Counted from the whole stretch's first letter, positions 20,001 through 30,481 are shown. The stretch is 63,975 nt of DNA, filler included, from Thermoplasmatota archaeon (GCA_041623215.1; 5 parts of 5 records of this genome joined end to end with filler, not necessarily neighbours in it), one strand, 5' to 3'. Translations and numbers: made by a program. Notes: generated by a model not told the origin, from the letters alone.

Positions 20001-21598
20001 ACTCGCAAGGGGCCGACGGTAAATCGTAGCGTCAGGAACAAGAGCGCCATCATGCCCAGCGCCAACAACCATGCAAGCCACAGGGCGCCCGTCACGGCCA
20101 GCAAGGCGTAGCCCGCGCTGGCAAACGCTGCCACGCTCAAGGCGTACGGCAACTGGGTCTTGACGTGGTCAATGTGGTCGCTCTGGCTGGCCATGCTGCT
20201 GATGACGGTGGTGTCGCTGATGGGTGAGCAATGGTCTCCGAAGACTGCCCCCCCAACGGTGGCAGCGATGACTGCAGGTAGCCATTCCAGTGGCGCGCTG
20301 GTGCCTGCCGTGATGCTGATGGTGACCGGGAGCATAATCGTGAAGGTGCCAAAGCTGGTGCCGGTGGCAAAGGCGATGATGCCCGACAAGATGAAGGCCA
20401 AGAGGGGGACCCAGGCGACGCTGATACTGTCGCCTACCGTGCCAGACAGGTACGAGCCCAGTCCGACGGCCTGCGTTGCATTGCCAATCCCCCATGCGAG
20501 GCCAAGAATTGTCAAGGCCGGAATCATGGCCTTAAACCCGTCCAACGCGGTTTCCAGGTATTGCTCCTGGTCGAGGATTCCTTGCGCCTTGTAGAGAATC
20601 ATCGCAAACAGCAGCGTCACGAACGTTGCAATGGCTAGGCTCAGTTCGGGCGCCGAGTTGTACAAGCTTTCCTTGAATCCTAGTCCTGGCGTGTGGCCGG
20701 TGGCGTACAGCATGCTGAGCGCTGAGAAGATGAGAAACACGATGGGCAGGATGAGGTTGCGGGCGCGGGGTGTGACGCCTTCCACCATCTGCATTTCGCT
20801 GATTTCCCGGCTCATCAACGGCTTGGCACCGTCAGCCAGCACCTTGCCAGTCGCGGCGGCTCGCTGCTCAGCGCGGCGCATCGGGCCGTAGTCGAGGCCA
20901 GTCAAGGCAATGAGAAGGACAAACAACACCGAACCGAGCGCGTAGAGGTTGAAGGGAATGCCCGCGATGAATTGCTCGAACGCCGATGCTTCGATGTGAT
21001 TGCGGTCCACCTCATCCCGGATGACGCTGACAATGAAGCCGACCCAGGTTGAGAACGGCACCAAGATGACGACGGGGGCAGCAATGCTGTCCGTGATGTA
21101 AGCAAGCTTCTCGCGGCTAATGCGCAGCTTGTCGGTCACCGGCCGCATGACGGTGCCAACGGCGATGGCATCGAAGTAATCGTCAATCGTCAGGATCAGG
21201 CTGCCCAGCGCCCAGGCAACCAGTTGCCCTTTACGACGCGAGTCGGCGTATTGGAGGGCCGCCTCCCCAAAGCCGCGAATGCCACCCGACTTTTGCATGA
21301 GGGCCACCAGGGCCCCCAGAAACAACGTGAAAGCGATGATGCCAGCGTGGCCGCTGTCAGCTACGCCGTCAACAAGGAAGCTCACTGATTCCATGAAGCC
21401 GCCGCCAAGGGAGGCAAGGACCTGCGACAGGCCCGTCTGCCCTGCATGACCGGCCGCGTCGAAGGCGACCATGATGCCCGCCACGACGATGCCGAGCGTC
21501 AACGCTTGGTACACCCGTTTGGTTGCTACGGCAAAGACAATCGCCAGCGCCGGCGGCAGGAGGCTCCACGCTCCGAAGTCGGACACGAACCGTAGCAC
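19997..21598 (-). CDS. NhaC-family Na+/H+ antiporter-like transporter
   Basis: SLLPPALAI, IDDYF, SREKLAYITDS, TGTSFGT, GDHCSPISDTT; start may be GTG 21586. Confidence 0.9.
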   Translation of the reverse strand: MLRFVSDFGAWSLLPPALAIVFAVATKRVYQALTLGIVVAGIMVAFDAAGHAGQTGLSQVLASLGGGFMESVSFLVDGVADSGHAGIIAFTLFLGALVALMQKSGGIRGFGEAALQYADSRRKGQLVAWALGSLILTIDDYFDAIAVGTVMRPVTDKLRISREKLAYITDSIAAPVVILVPFSTWVGFIVSVIRDEVDRNHIEASAFEQFIAGIPFNLYALGSVLFVLLIALTGLDYGPMRRAEQRAAATGKVLADGAKPLMSREISEMQMVEGVTPRARNLILPIVFLIFSALSMLYATGHTPGLGFKESLYNSAPELSLAIATFVTLLFAMILYKAQGILDQEQYLETALDGFKAMIPALTILGLAWGIGNATQAVGLGSYLSGTVGDSISVAWVPLLAFILSGIIAFATGTSFGTFTIMLPVTISITAGTSAPLEWLPAVIAATVGGAVFGDHCSPISDTTVISSMASQSDHIDHVKTQLPYALSVAAFASAGYALLAVTGALWLAWLLALGMMALLFLTLRFTVGPLRV

Positions 21599-21662
21599 GC
21601 CGGCCGTTGTTTAAGGCGGTGTTGGGGCGAACCCTTGAACGCCGACCGGGCGTGCCAAAGCC

Positions 21663-22733
21663 GTGGGCATCCCACTTGGCGACATCGTCCAGAAGCGTCC
21701 TACCAGCGCAGCCGATTGGCATGGCCAATGGGTGGCCTTCGATGCATGGAACGTTTTGTACCAATTTGTCTCCAGCATTCGCGGCCCCGACGGCAAGCCA
21801 CTCACCAACGCACGCGGCGAAGTGACGAGCCACCTGAACGGTATCCTTGCCCGCTGTGCCGTGCTCGTGGAGGCAGGCGTCAAGCCCGTGTGGGTCTTTG
21901 ACGGTCCGCCGCACCCCCTGAAGTCAGAAACGCTGGCAGCAAGAAGTGCCCGCAAGGAGCAAGCAGAAGCCGACTACCAGGAAGCAATTGCGGCAGGGGA
22001 CTTGGAGCGTGCCCGGACGAAGGCGCAGCAAACCACGCGGATGACGCCACCCATGATTGATTCGGCCAAGGCGCTTCTGACCAGCCTCGGCATCCCCGTG
22101 GTGGAAGCGCCAGGCGAAGGCGAAGCACAGTGCGCCGCCATGGCCGCCCGTGGCGACGTGGCAGCGGTGGCCAGCCAAGACTTTGACACGATCCTGTTTG
22201 GCACCCCGGTCTTGGTGCGAAACTTGACCGTGAGTGGCCGGCGTAAGCTACCGGGCAAGCAGGTTTGGGTGAACGTGGAACCTGAGCGCATTGATGTTGC
22301 CGACAGCCTCGATGCAGCAGGAGTCAGCCGGGACCAATTGATTGACGCGGCCATGCTGATTGGAACTGATTTCTGTCCTGGCGTCAAGGGCATCGGAGCC
22401 AAGAAAGCCCTGGCACTCGTCAAGAAACACAACGGCCTCGACGCCTTGCTGGAGCGGCTGGCCGACCGGCCTGAATCCGCCGACCCCGCCGTCGAACGCG
22501 CCATTCTTGAGCAACACGAGGCGCTGGCCGAGCGGGACGCCGTGCGAGCCCTGTTCCGTGACCCCCCCGCGACGCGCGACTACGAGTTGACCATGGCGGC
22601 GCCCGACGGGGACGCCGTGCGGCGACTCCTGGTCGGCGAACACGGATTCCAGGAATCCAGGGTGGATGCTGCATTGGCTCGCTTCGAAGCGGCGCGCGGC
22701 AAACAAGCGCAGCAGTCCCTGTTTGACTTCTAG
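21663..22733 (+). CDS. fen: Flap endonuclease 1
   Basis: YQFVSSIRGPDG, VFDG, EGEAQ, SQDFD, GTDF; C-terminal PIP box QQSLFDF. Confidence 0.97.
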   Translation: MGIPLGDIVQKRPTSAADWHGQWVAFDAWNVLYQFVSSIRGPDGKPLTNARGEVTSHLNGILARCAVLVEAGVKPVWVFDGPPHPLKSETLAARSARKEQAEADYQEAIAAGDLERARTKAQQTTRMTPPMIDSAKALLTSLGIPVVEAPGEGEAQCAAMAARGDVAAVASQDFDTILFGTPVLVRNLTVSGRRKLPGKQVWVNVEPERIDVADSLDAAGVSRDQLIDAAMLIGTDFCPGVKGIGAKKALALVKKHNGLDALLERLADRPESADPAVERAILEQHEALAERDAVRALFRDPPATRDYELTMAAPDGDAVRRLLVGEHGFQESRVDAALARFEAARGKQAQQSLFDF

Positions 22734-22820
22734 CCACAGCCGCCTGGTATCGCCCTCGGGCCGCCCCTGGGGCGGCGGCTGCGAGTCGTCCGGACAGTTC
22801 ACTGGCGAACGGACCCAAGA

Positions 22821-22857
22821 GGGGAAGAGAGGAAAAAAGTGAGCCGTGACGCGGCGC
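22821..22857 (-). terminator. Putative pyrimidine-rich terminator after the serine protease gene
   Basis: Minus strand reads ACTTTTTTCCTCTCTTCCCC just after the stop. Confidence 0.45.
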
Positions 22858-22858
22858 C

Positions 22859-24391
22859 TTACGGCACGACAATCGAGTCGCAGCTTTCCTTGTCAGCCAA
22901 GGAGTTGTGCTCGTAGCCAATGCCACCGACTGCGGTTACGCAAGACTCCCACGCGCCGTGGCCGCCGCCGCGCTGGGAGACCGTCAGGCTCACGGTGCCA
23001 TCGGCCCCGGTAGTCCCTGCAGCGTTGGATTGCGAGCCTTCCGGACTGGTGACCGTAATCGTAACGTCAACGCCGCTGGCCGGCTGGCCTGCGTCATCGT
23101 ACATCGTAACGACAGTCGTGACTCGATGCCCCTTGTCCTTGGCGTAGTGGCTGTAGGATTGGTCGATGGCTTCCACGTGAACCGCAGTTGGTTCAGGATC
23201 CGGGGGTCCACCGTCACCGGGCACTTCACCGGCCAGCATGAGGCGTAGGTTGTGGCCTGCCTCGCGTGCCATGGTAATCGCTTGCTCAATCGTAGTGCCA
23301 AAGCCCAAGCCAGGGATGCCCACGCCGAGGACTGCGGGCCCGTGCGTGACAATGCCGAGTGCCTCACCGGTCACGTGGTTAATGGCGCTGCCCGAGTCAC
23401 CGCCGTTGATGAGCACAGACGCTTGCCAGCTCTTAGCACTGCCATCGTTCAAGCCCACCCCTGCGCGTCCCTTCGTGACGAAGACTGTACCAAAGTCGAT
23501 GCCGTTACCGTAGTGAACCAACGGAGATCCGATGCCTTCGTTGCCATCGGCGCCTGTTGGGCCACCCCAATCGGGCATTTCGGGCCGGATTTCGCCGTAC
23601 AAGCTGGCCGGAATTTCGACGACGCCGAAGTCGTTGCCAACCACCCCGCCAGCGCCATCTTGGCGCGCGTAGGTCACTTGGCCCAGTTCGCGCATGTCGC
23701 CGAGGAAGCCTTGCAGGAAGCCACCGAAGTAGCAGCCTGCGACGCACACCTCAACCACCACGCCACCCGCGTTGTAGTCCTTGTCAGGCCCGTGGGTTGA
23801 CGTAGCATCTTCGGTCATGAAGCAGTGACCCGCGGAGCCAAGGTAGTAGCGACCATTGTCTTCGAAGACGTAGTTGGCGCTGCAAATGTAGGTGCCATCA
23901 TTGGGGATGGTTTGGAGAATAGGGCTTCCGGGGCCGATGCCGAAGGACGGCAGCGCCGTTGCTTCCTCGGGCGTGAGGCGCGTCACGGTCGGCACCGGGA
24001 GGCGAAGCCGGTCCAGGGCTACATCTTCGTGAACCGCGAGGGACCATCCTGGCACGGTTGGCGCAAGGCCAAGCGCCGGCGCACTGCTGGTGTAGTAGGC
24101 GTTGAGCACTTGGTCATCCGCCGGCGAGGGGGCGAGGGCCAAGAAGCCGGGATAGGCTGCGAGGAAGGATTCCAGCTGCTGGTAGCCTGCCGTATTAGCC
24201 ACACCCCGAGTTTCCTCGGACAGTGGCTCCGGAGCCGCCGCCAGGGGTGCGGCGGCCTCGGTTTGGGCGGCAGCCGCAGAAGACTCGGGGCCTTCCATCT
24301 CGTTCGATTCGATTGGCATCGCTGCCAGGCCGGCCAGGGCTACAAGGGCCACCACGCCGGTGCTTAACGTCCATGTCGTCATGCGGTTCAT
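22859..24391 (-). CDS. Secreted trypsin-like (S1) serine protease with C-terminal Ig-like domain
   Basis: Signal peptide; catalytic triad SAGHC, NDFG, GDSGS; beta-rich C-terminal domain after a PPDPEP linker. Confidence 0.85.
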   Translation of the reverse strand: MNRMTTWTLSTGVVALVALAGLAAMPIESNEMEGPESSAAAAQTEAAAPLAAAPEPLSEETRGVANTAGYQQLESFLAAYPGFLALAPSPADDQVLNAYYTSSAPALGLAPTVPGWSLAVHEDVALDRLRLPVPTVTRLTPEEATALPSFGIGPGSPILQTIPNDGTYICSANYVFEDNGRYYLGSAGHCFMTEDATSTHGPDKDYNAGGVVVEVCVAGCYFGGFLQGFLGDMRELGQVTYARQDGAGGVVGNDFGVVEIPASLYGEIRPEMPDWGGPTGADGNEGIGSPLVHYGNGIDFGTVFVTKGRAGVGLNDGSAKSWQASVLINGGDSGSAINHVTGEALGIVTHGPAVLGVGIPGLGFGTTIEQAITMAREAGHNLRLMLAGEVPGDGGPPDPEPTAVHVEAIDQSYSHYAKDKGHRVTTVVTMYDDAGQPASGVDVTITVTSPEGSQSNAAGTTGADGTVSLTVSQRGGGHGAWESCVTAVGGIGYEHNSLADKESCDSIVVP

Positions 24392-24572
24392 GCTGTACTC
24401 CACGTGCACGCCCACCAAACGGGGGCCCACACCAGGTCCGGGTAACCGCAGGCGCACTTAGTGGTATGGAAAGGGCGGCCAAGCGCCAACGAAAACCGTA
24501 GTTGAAGCGCCGCTGGAGCAATGCTGAATCGTAGCCGCGCTGCGATTTCCGCAGGCCCGTTGGACGGGGGGA

Positions 24573-26069
24573 TTAAGCGCCGAACACGGGGTGGTCGGCG
24601 GTAGGGGCGAACGTGTACAGACCCATGAAGACGTCCGCCGCGTACAGGGTGCCGTCGGGTGCCACTTCCACATCCATGACCATCGGGGCATCGAGCGTAA
24701 TCTCCAGGAAGCCACACGCGTTTTGCTGGGCCGCGCCAAACACGGGGTCGTTCATCTGGGTCTGCGTCCCTTCGGCGTACAAGGCGTAGGCGACTTCGGC
24801 CGGCGCCGTGCGGAATTCGGGGTGCCGCATGTCCATTTGCCAAAGGCCACCGTGGTAGCTGCTGAAGGTCAGCATGCCATCGTGGCTAAAGCGAGGGTTA
24901 TGGAGGCTGTAGCGTAGGCCATCGGCGCCGTGCCCGCCTGGGTTTTCCCAGTCGCCGACGTGGTCAAGCACTTCGGGCTCGCTGATGTCGCTGGCGTTGA
25001 CGCCCCACAAGTTGCTGGCATCCAGAATCCAGACGTGGCTTGGCTGCTCCAGCCAATCCTCCGACGACAGGACAATGAGCGCCTGTTCGTCATCGGCGAA
25101 GAAGGTCACGTCACTGGTGTGAAGGTAGTAGTCAGTCTCCAAATCGTCGCGGTCGGGAATATCCCAGGTGCCAATATTGACGGGGTTTTCGGGGTCGGAC
25201 AAGTCGTACAACTGGTAGGCCGAGAAGCCATTGGCTGCAAGGCCCCACACGCTGCCCCACGGAGTATCACGGACGTACATGTCATGGCCCACTTCGATTT
25301 TGGCGCCGGTGGAGACCAGGGCCGCCGGCAGCGTTTCGTCGCCGCGCTCAATCCGATAGACTTCACCCCAAACGAAGGCGTAGTCCTGGTCGCCAATGGT
25401 GTGGACCGCGACGGCGTGTTCGCCGGGCAGACCGGTCGATTGCCCTAGGCCCGTGGTCGGGCGTCCTTCGCGGGCGTCACCGCCGCTGGGACCTACACCA
25501 GTGATGGCGTCCGCAATGACCGGGTTGGCCTTGTCGGATACGTCGATGAGGTACGTCTTGAACGCCGCGCCAAGCACGTTGACGTGGCCGAGACAGGTGA
25601 ACGTCTCCGTGGTCAGCACGACAAAGTTGCCATCGGGCGTCGCTTCCATTGAGCGGTCGCCGCCAACGGCACCGGGGATCGTCAGGCGACCCGCTAGGGC
25701 CGGAGCCTGCGGATTGGCGAGGTCCCAAATGGCAATGCCGCCATTGACTCCGGCCGCATTGGCGCCGTACATGGCACCAAACAAGTAGCCTGCTTGTTGG
25801 TCGAGAGCATGCAGGCCGGCGATTTGGTAATCATCCTGCAACAGAGGGTCGCGGCTGGCAAAGTCATAGTTCCAGAGGAACTTGTGAGCCTCAACGTCCG
25901 TGTGGTCGTGACCAGCCTCGAAGGCCATCGGGTCTTCCGGCATAACGGGTCGGACGGCGGGTCCCCACGCGTCGTCACCGCTGTTACTGCCGTCGTCGTT
26001 CGGGGTGCCATCGATGCATCCTGCGAGCGCCGCAAGGACCAGCGTGCTTCCTAGAAGGAGCCACTTCAT
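24573..26069 (-). CDS. LVIVD-repeat beta-propeller lipoprotein
   Basis: LAGC lipobox; repeats IWDLANPQAP, LIDVSDKANP, LYDLSDPENP; His-rich motifs. Confidence 0.8.
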   Translation of the reverse strand: MKWLLLGSTLVLAALAGCIDGTPNDDGSNSGDDAWGPAVRPVMPEDPMAFEAGHDHTDVEAHKFLWNYDFASRDPLLQDDYQIAGLHALDQQAGYLFGAMYGANAAGVNGGIAIWDLANPQAPALAGRLTIPGAVGGDRSMEATPDGNFVVLTTETFTCLGHVNVLGAAFKTYLIDVSDKANPVIADAITGVGPSGGDAREGRPTTGLGQSTGLPGEHAVAVHTIGDQDYAFVWGEVYRIERGDETLPAALVSTGAKIEVGHDMYVRDTPWGSVWGLAANGFSAYQLYDLSDPENPVNIGTWDIPDRDDLETDYYLHTSDVTFFADDEQALIVLSSEDWLEQPSHVWILDASNLWGVNASDISEPEVLDHVGDWENPGGHGADGLRYSLHNPRFSHDGMLTFSSYHGGLWQMDMRHPEFRTAPAEVAYALYAEGTQTQMNDPVFGAAQQNACGFLEITLDAPMVMDVEVAPDGTLYAADVFMGLYTFAPTADHPVFGA

Positions 26070-26143
26070 ACCCCTGGCTCACCAGACCACTCTTTTGGGG
26101 GTTGTGGTGCCAGCACCTTTACGGCCACCGCACTACGACGCCT

Positions 26144-26803
26144 ATGACTTGCGGCATTGACGAAGCCGGCCGCGGCCCAGTTCTGGGCCCCGTGGTGGTG
26201 GCGGGCGTGTCCGCCCCAGAGGCCGACGGCTTGGTGGCGATGGGCGTTCGCGACTCCAAACGCCTGGCACCGCAGAAGCGCGACCAGCTAGCTCGCCTCA
26301 TCCAGGAGGCTCCGGACATCCAAGTCGCCGTGCGCGTGATTTCCCCAGAATCCATTGATGCCGAAATGCAACACGCAACCCTCAACGACATTGAGCTGGC
26401 ACGCTTCGCCGAGGTGGCCGCCGAACTGGATGATGCGGATGTGATTGCGGATGCCGCAGACGTGGACGCGGACCGCTTCGCCCGCCGACTGGCTGAGCGC
26501 CTACCGACCACTTGGACTGTGAACGCCAGCCACGGGGCCGATGACCGGCACCCCGAGGTCGCTGCCGCCAGCATCATCGCCAAGACCACGCGGGACACCG
26601 CCATTCGCGAACTTGGCCGACGCTTGGAGCGCCAATTGGGCCGCGAATTAGGAAGCGGTTATCCAGGCGACGCCACGACGCAGGCGTTCTTGAGAAACTG
26701 GGTGGAAGTGCACGGGGAGTTGCCGCCCGGAACGAGACGTTCATGGAAAACTAGCAAACGCCTGATGGAAGCGGCACGTTCGCCGAGGCTCGATTCCTTC
26801 TAG
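26144..26803 (+). CDS. rnhB: Ribonuclease HII
   Basis: GIDEAGRGPVLGP, DSKRL, AASIIAK, GSGYPGD, RRSW. Confidence 0.96.
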   Translation: MTCGIDEAGRGPVLGPVVVAGVSAPEADGLVAMGVRDSKRLAPQKRDQLARLIQEAPDIQVAVRVISPESIDAEMQHATLNDIELARFAEVAAELDDADVIADAADVDADRFARRLAERLPTTWTVNASHGADDRHPEVAAASIIAKTTRDTAIRELGRRLERQLGRELGSGYPGDATTQAFLRNWVEVHGELPPGTRRSWKTSKRLMEAARSPRLDSF

Positions 26804-27669
26804 GCAACAACCACGTCGCTGTGGCGCACCATCGACTGGAACCATGCCACCTGCGCCGCTGCAAAGCTCGCGTCGTTGCTCCAAATCGCCACGTCACCAT
26901 CGGCTTTGATGCGCCCCGAGGGGTCTCGCACGACCCACATCATGGCGTCGCGGTCGTCAATGATGACAAGGGCAACGGCTGGGGCCTGCTCGGAGCGGTG
27001 AATCTCGACATCCCGCCCGTCGGACGGTTCCGGGATGGCTTCGCCGGGCCGCACGATGGCCTCCATGCGGACCCGTCCGGCGGCTACGTCGGGCAGTTCC
27101 AACCAGGCTTCAACGCGCCCGGAAAGCACGCCGGCGCCATGCGTTCGCACCACCCGGATGCTGTTCGATGCGTCCTTGGCCATGACGTCGGCAATGAGGT
27201 GAATGGCCGCGCGGCCTTTGAGGACCCGCAACAGGCTATCGGGCTGATCGCCCTGCCGATCCTTTTGCAGACGCGCCACGACATCGTCCAAATCCTCCTT
27301 GAGGCGACGCGTCTCGTCGAGGCGAGCTTCCTGCCGGGCAATGAGGTTCCCGAGCACTTCCTCGAAGTCCGCGGCGGTGAAGCGCGTGGGATGGTCAGAA
27401 CTCGCCATGACGTATCCGGTTTCTGTCAGGCGACCCAGGACACGATAGGTCGATGCGCGGCTGGAGCCGAGGCGCTTGGCCAGAGCGCTAGCAGTCATCG
27501 CCCCGTCAATGGTCAGGAGCATCAAGGTCCGCGCATCATCTGCTTCGAGACCAGCCGTCGTGAGCCGGTCAACAATATGTTGCAGCTTGAGCGCGCCATG
27601 CCGGCCACCGGAGATGTCGGCATCGTCCACCTGCCCCGACAGACCCGACTCTTGATTAATGGTTTGCAC
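26800..27669 (-). CDS. TrmB-family transcriptional regulator
   Basis: N-terminal wHTH (TASALAKRLGSSRASTYRVLGRL), coiled linker, C-terminal VIIDD effector domain; start uncertain. Confidence 0.82.
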   Translation of the reverse strand: MQTINQESGLSGQVDDADISGGRHGALKLQHIVDRLTTAGLEADDARTLMLLTIDGAMTASALAKRLGSSRASTYRVLGRLTETGYVMASSDHPTRFTAADFEEVLGNLIARQEARLDETRRLKEDLDDVVARLQKDRQGDQPDSLLRVLKGRAAIHLIADVMAKDASNSIRVVRTHGAGVLSGRVEAWLELPDVAAGRVRMEAIVRPGEAIPEPSDGRDVEIHRSEQAPAVALVIIDDRDAMMWVVRDPSGRIKADGDVAIWSNDASFAAAQVAWFQSMVRHSDVVVA

Positions 27670-27790
27670 GCCCTCGTAGTCACGTTGGAGTCACGTAATC
27701 CTATGAGTGTCTCAAGCGGGCGGACGGCTCTTTCGAGGCCATATGCCGATACAAAATGTTCAAAATATTCAATATCAGGATGGGGTGCGA

Positions 27791-28252
27791 CTAGGCCCCG
27801 GGGATTCGGGCAACGTTGAACCAAAACGCCTCAATCTCATTGACAATCTCTACGAAATCATCAATGTGAGATGGCTTGGTCACCACACAATTCGCATGCA
27901 GCGAATACGACTCCAAAATGTCCCGCTCATCATCTGATGTGGTCAGAACCACCACGGGGATGTGGGCAAGGCGCCGGTCGGCCTTCAACGCCACCAGCAC
28001 CTCAAAGCCATTCATGCGGGGCATGTTCAGGTCCAGAAGGATCAGGTCCGGCACCGCGTTGGAGCCACCCGCAAGCGCCGCGCGAAGATACGCCATCGCC
28101 TCCTCCCCATCCCTGCAAACGCTGACTCGGGCTGGCAACCTAGATTCCCCGAGAACCTCCGTCGTGAGTTCGACATCATCTGGGTCGTCCTCGACCAATA
28201 ACACCTCAACGGGCCGCCCATGACCGTTCGCATCACTCAATGCCAGCCGCAT
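27791..28252 (-). CDS. Single-domain response regulator (Rcp1-like)
   Basis: LLVEDD, LLDLNMP, VLTTS, ANCVVTKP. Confidence 0.93.
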   Translation of the reverse strand: MRLALSDANGHGRPVEVLLVEDDPDDVELTTEVLGESRLPARVSVCRDGEEAMAYLRAALAGGSNAVPDLILLDLNMPRMNGFEVLVALKADRRLAHIPVVVLTTSDDERDILESYSLHANCVVTKPSHIDDFVEIVNEIEAFWFNVARIPGA

Positions 28253-29567
28253 GGGGCACCTCCAGATAAAAGCATGAGCCACTGTGACCGTCAGACTCGA
28301 CCCAGGCCCGCCCACCATGGCGCTCCGCAATCTTGCGGACAATGGCAAGGCCGATGCCATTGCCTTCGTATTCGTGGCGCCCGTGGAGCCGTTGAAACAC
28401 ATCGAAGATGCGCTGCTGGTGCCGGCGCTGAACGCCAATCCCGTTGTCCCGAACGGCGATGCGCCAAAACTCTGGCGGCTCGGCGCCCGCAGGCAACGGC
28501 ACCGCTTCAATACGAATCTTCAGCCGGCGCCCAGGGTGCCGGAACTTGATGGCATTGGAGATGAGATTCTGTAATGCCTGCCTCCATTCAGAGGGGTTGC
28601 CAACAACAATTGGAAGATGCGAGCGATGAACGGTTGCATCAGCCGTCTGTAACGAGACTTCGAAGTCGGCCAAGATATCCTTCACCAAAGCCGTCAAGTG
28701 AATGGGTTCCACCGCGCGCGCCGCATGGCCCACGCGCGACAGGTCCAATAGATCGGCAATGAGCGTCTGCATGCGCGCCGCAGATTCCACCATGGTCGCC
28801 ACGTACTTGGAGGCCGGCTCGTCGAGGGCATCTGGGAATCGCCGTTGCAGCAGCGTCCCATACTGGGACACCTTTCGAAGCGGCTCACGCAGGTCGTGAC
28901 TGGCAACCGAGGCGAATTGGGCGAGCTCATGGTTCGAGCGCTCCAATTCAGCTAGTGCGACTTCCAGCTGACTTTGGCGCTGTGCTCGGCGTTCCAAGTC
29001 CACCTGCATGGCTTCGGTTAGATACCGACCCCCCGCCACGCCCAGCACGACGAACGCCGCGAGCACCACAACCGCCTGGAGGTAGATGATCCACGCGGCC
29101 GGGCTCAGGGGCACCCGGGCCAGCCGCTCCAGACCCACGACGGCCAATGCCTGCCATACCAGAATCGCATAGACCGCTGCCACGATGGTTAGGGCAGCCG
29201 TCAGCAACACCCCCGTCTTTAGGTAGGGCCCGACCGCCAACCGGCGGTAGCGTGCGACGCCCTGCGCGGCCCATGCGCTGACCGGCGCTGGCGCAGCGAC
29301 AAGGGCCACCGCAAGCGGAACGAGGCTCTCCTCAATTACTGGCGGTGCAGCGGCAGTGGGCAGTATTTGGCGCTCCAAGAATTCAACACGGAATGTGGCA
29401 TTCTGCACCGGGGGACTTGCCCTCTCTTCGGCCGGGCGAGGTTCGGCCTCCGGCGAATGATACCACAGTTCTCGCACGCCCGTCTCGCCTACGACGACAT
29501 AGTCGCTTGCAGGCACGACCTCACCCCCACTCAAACGAATAGCTTGCAACTCCAGGTCAGCCGGGAA
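28233..29567 (-). CDS. Membrane sensor histidine kinase (5' truncated)
   Basis: H-box ASHDLREPLR, NLISNAIKF, DNGIG, FQRLH, GIGLAI; TM segments; frame open to contig edge. Confidence 0.93.
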   Translation of the reverse strand, partial: FPADLELQAIRLSGGEVVPASDYVVVGETGVRELWYHSPEAEPRPAEERASPPVQNATFRVEFLERQILPTAAAPPVIEESLVPLAVALVAAPAPVSAWAAQGVARYRRLAVGPYLKTGVLLTAALTIVAAVYAILVWQALAVVGLERLARVPLSPAAWIIYLQAVVVLAAFVVLGVAGGRYLTEAMQVDLERRAQRQSQLEVALAELERSNHELAQFASVASHDLREPLRKVSQYGTLLQRRFPDALDEPASKYVATMVESAARMQTLIADLLDLSRVGHAARAVEPIHLTALVKDILADFEVSLQTADATVHRSHLPIVVGNPSEWRQALQNLISNAIKFRHPGRRLKIRIEAVPLPAGAEPPEFWRIAVRDNGIGVQRRHQQRIFDVFQRLHGRHEYEGNGIGLAIVRKIAERHGGRAWVESDGHSGSCFYLEVPHAAGIE

Positions 29568-29568
29568 A

Positions 29569-29668
29569 NNNNNNNNNNNNNNNNNNNNNNNNNNNNNNNN
29601 NNNNNNNNNNNNTTAATTAATTAANNNNNNNNNNNNNNNNNNNNNNNNNNNNNNNNNNNNNNNNNNNN
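29569..29668. other. Artificial contig linker
   Basis: N runs flanking TTAATTAATTAA. Confidence 0.99.
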
Positions 29669-29737
29669 GACCGCCGACCCAACGGCGGCCATGATGAAGC
29701 CGAATCGGCTATTCCATTCGCCACGTGCACCTGCCAT
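29669..29737 (-). CDS. Sodium-dependent transporter, NSS/SNF family (N-terminal fragment at contig edge)
   Basis: Manual translation MAGARGEWNSRFGFIMAAVGSAV matches the NSS TM1 signature; GGAGG Shine-Dalgarno upstream; not in ORF track. Confidence 0.85.
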
Positions 29738-29749
29738 GGTAGTTGCCTC

Positions 29750-30340
29750 CTAAGCGGTCTCCACGTCCGGCAAGTCAACCACGGCGTGGTAGGTTGCAAA
29801 CCAGCCCGTTACCTCGGCCGTGTAGGATAGGTTTTCAAGATTGGCAAGCGGCCCGGCCGGGGCTTCGACCACCAGGATAATCTCCAAGTCGTCGTCCCAG
29901 TTGAGGGCGTAATCTGCCCGGTCCTCCGGCATACCGGAGAAGCCTGCGGGGACCTCGCCCCACATGGTGCTGTGGATTTCCAGGGTGCCCAATTCGCCAC
30001 CGTTTCCGCCTTGTGGGACCGTGAAGGCCTCGGTCAGGGTTTCGCTGGTGCCGTCTGGCCCCGTAATGGTGATGGTGGCCGTGGCGCTGCCGCCGCTGAA
30101 CACTTGGCCGGTGTAGCCGAGCGTCACGGTTGCGTGGGCGCTCGTAGCATTTGCCGGCGTTGAAACGAGGGCTGTCACGGGTGTGTCCATTGTGGCTGTG
30201 AACGAGCCGCCGTCGTAGTCCACTTGGGACTCCACGAACACGTAGTTGCTGTCGCCGTCCTCATAGGTAGCAACCCCGATGGCGGTGACTGCAAGGGCAA
30301 CCACTCCAAGGGCTACGATGACAAGGTCCACTTTCTGCAT
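29750..30340 (-). CDS. Membrane-anchored hypothetical protein
   Basis: N-terminal TM followed by acidic, beta-rich domain; co-oriented with the NSS transporter. Confidence 0.75.
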   Translation of the reverse strand: MQKVDLVIVALGVVALAVTAIGVATYEDGDSNYVFVESQVDYDGGSFTATMDTPVTALVSTPANATSAHATVTLGYTGQVFSGGSATATITITGPDGTSETLTEAFTVPQGGNGGELGTLEIHSTMWGEVPAGFSGMPEDRADYALNWDDDLEIILVVEAPAGPLANLENLSYTAEVTGWFATYHAVVDLPDVETA

Positions 30341-30481
30341 GGTGCTTCATGGCGGGACTTGGAGGGTGCGATATAGGCTGACCGGTGACTACCGCAACTG
30401 GCTTTGGCCGTACGCAAGGGGCATCACGTGCGGTTGGCTGCTGCCGCTCGCCTTATGACCGGGGCCAGGGTCGGCGGCGCC

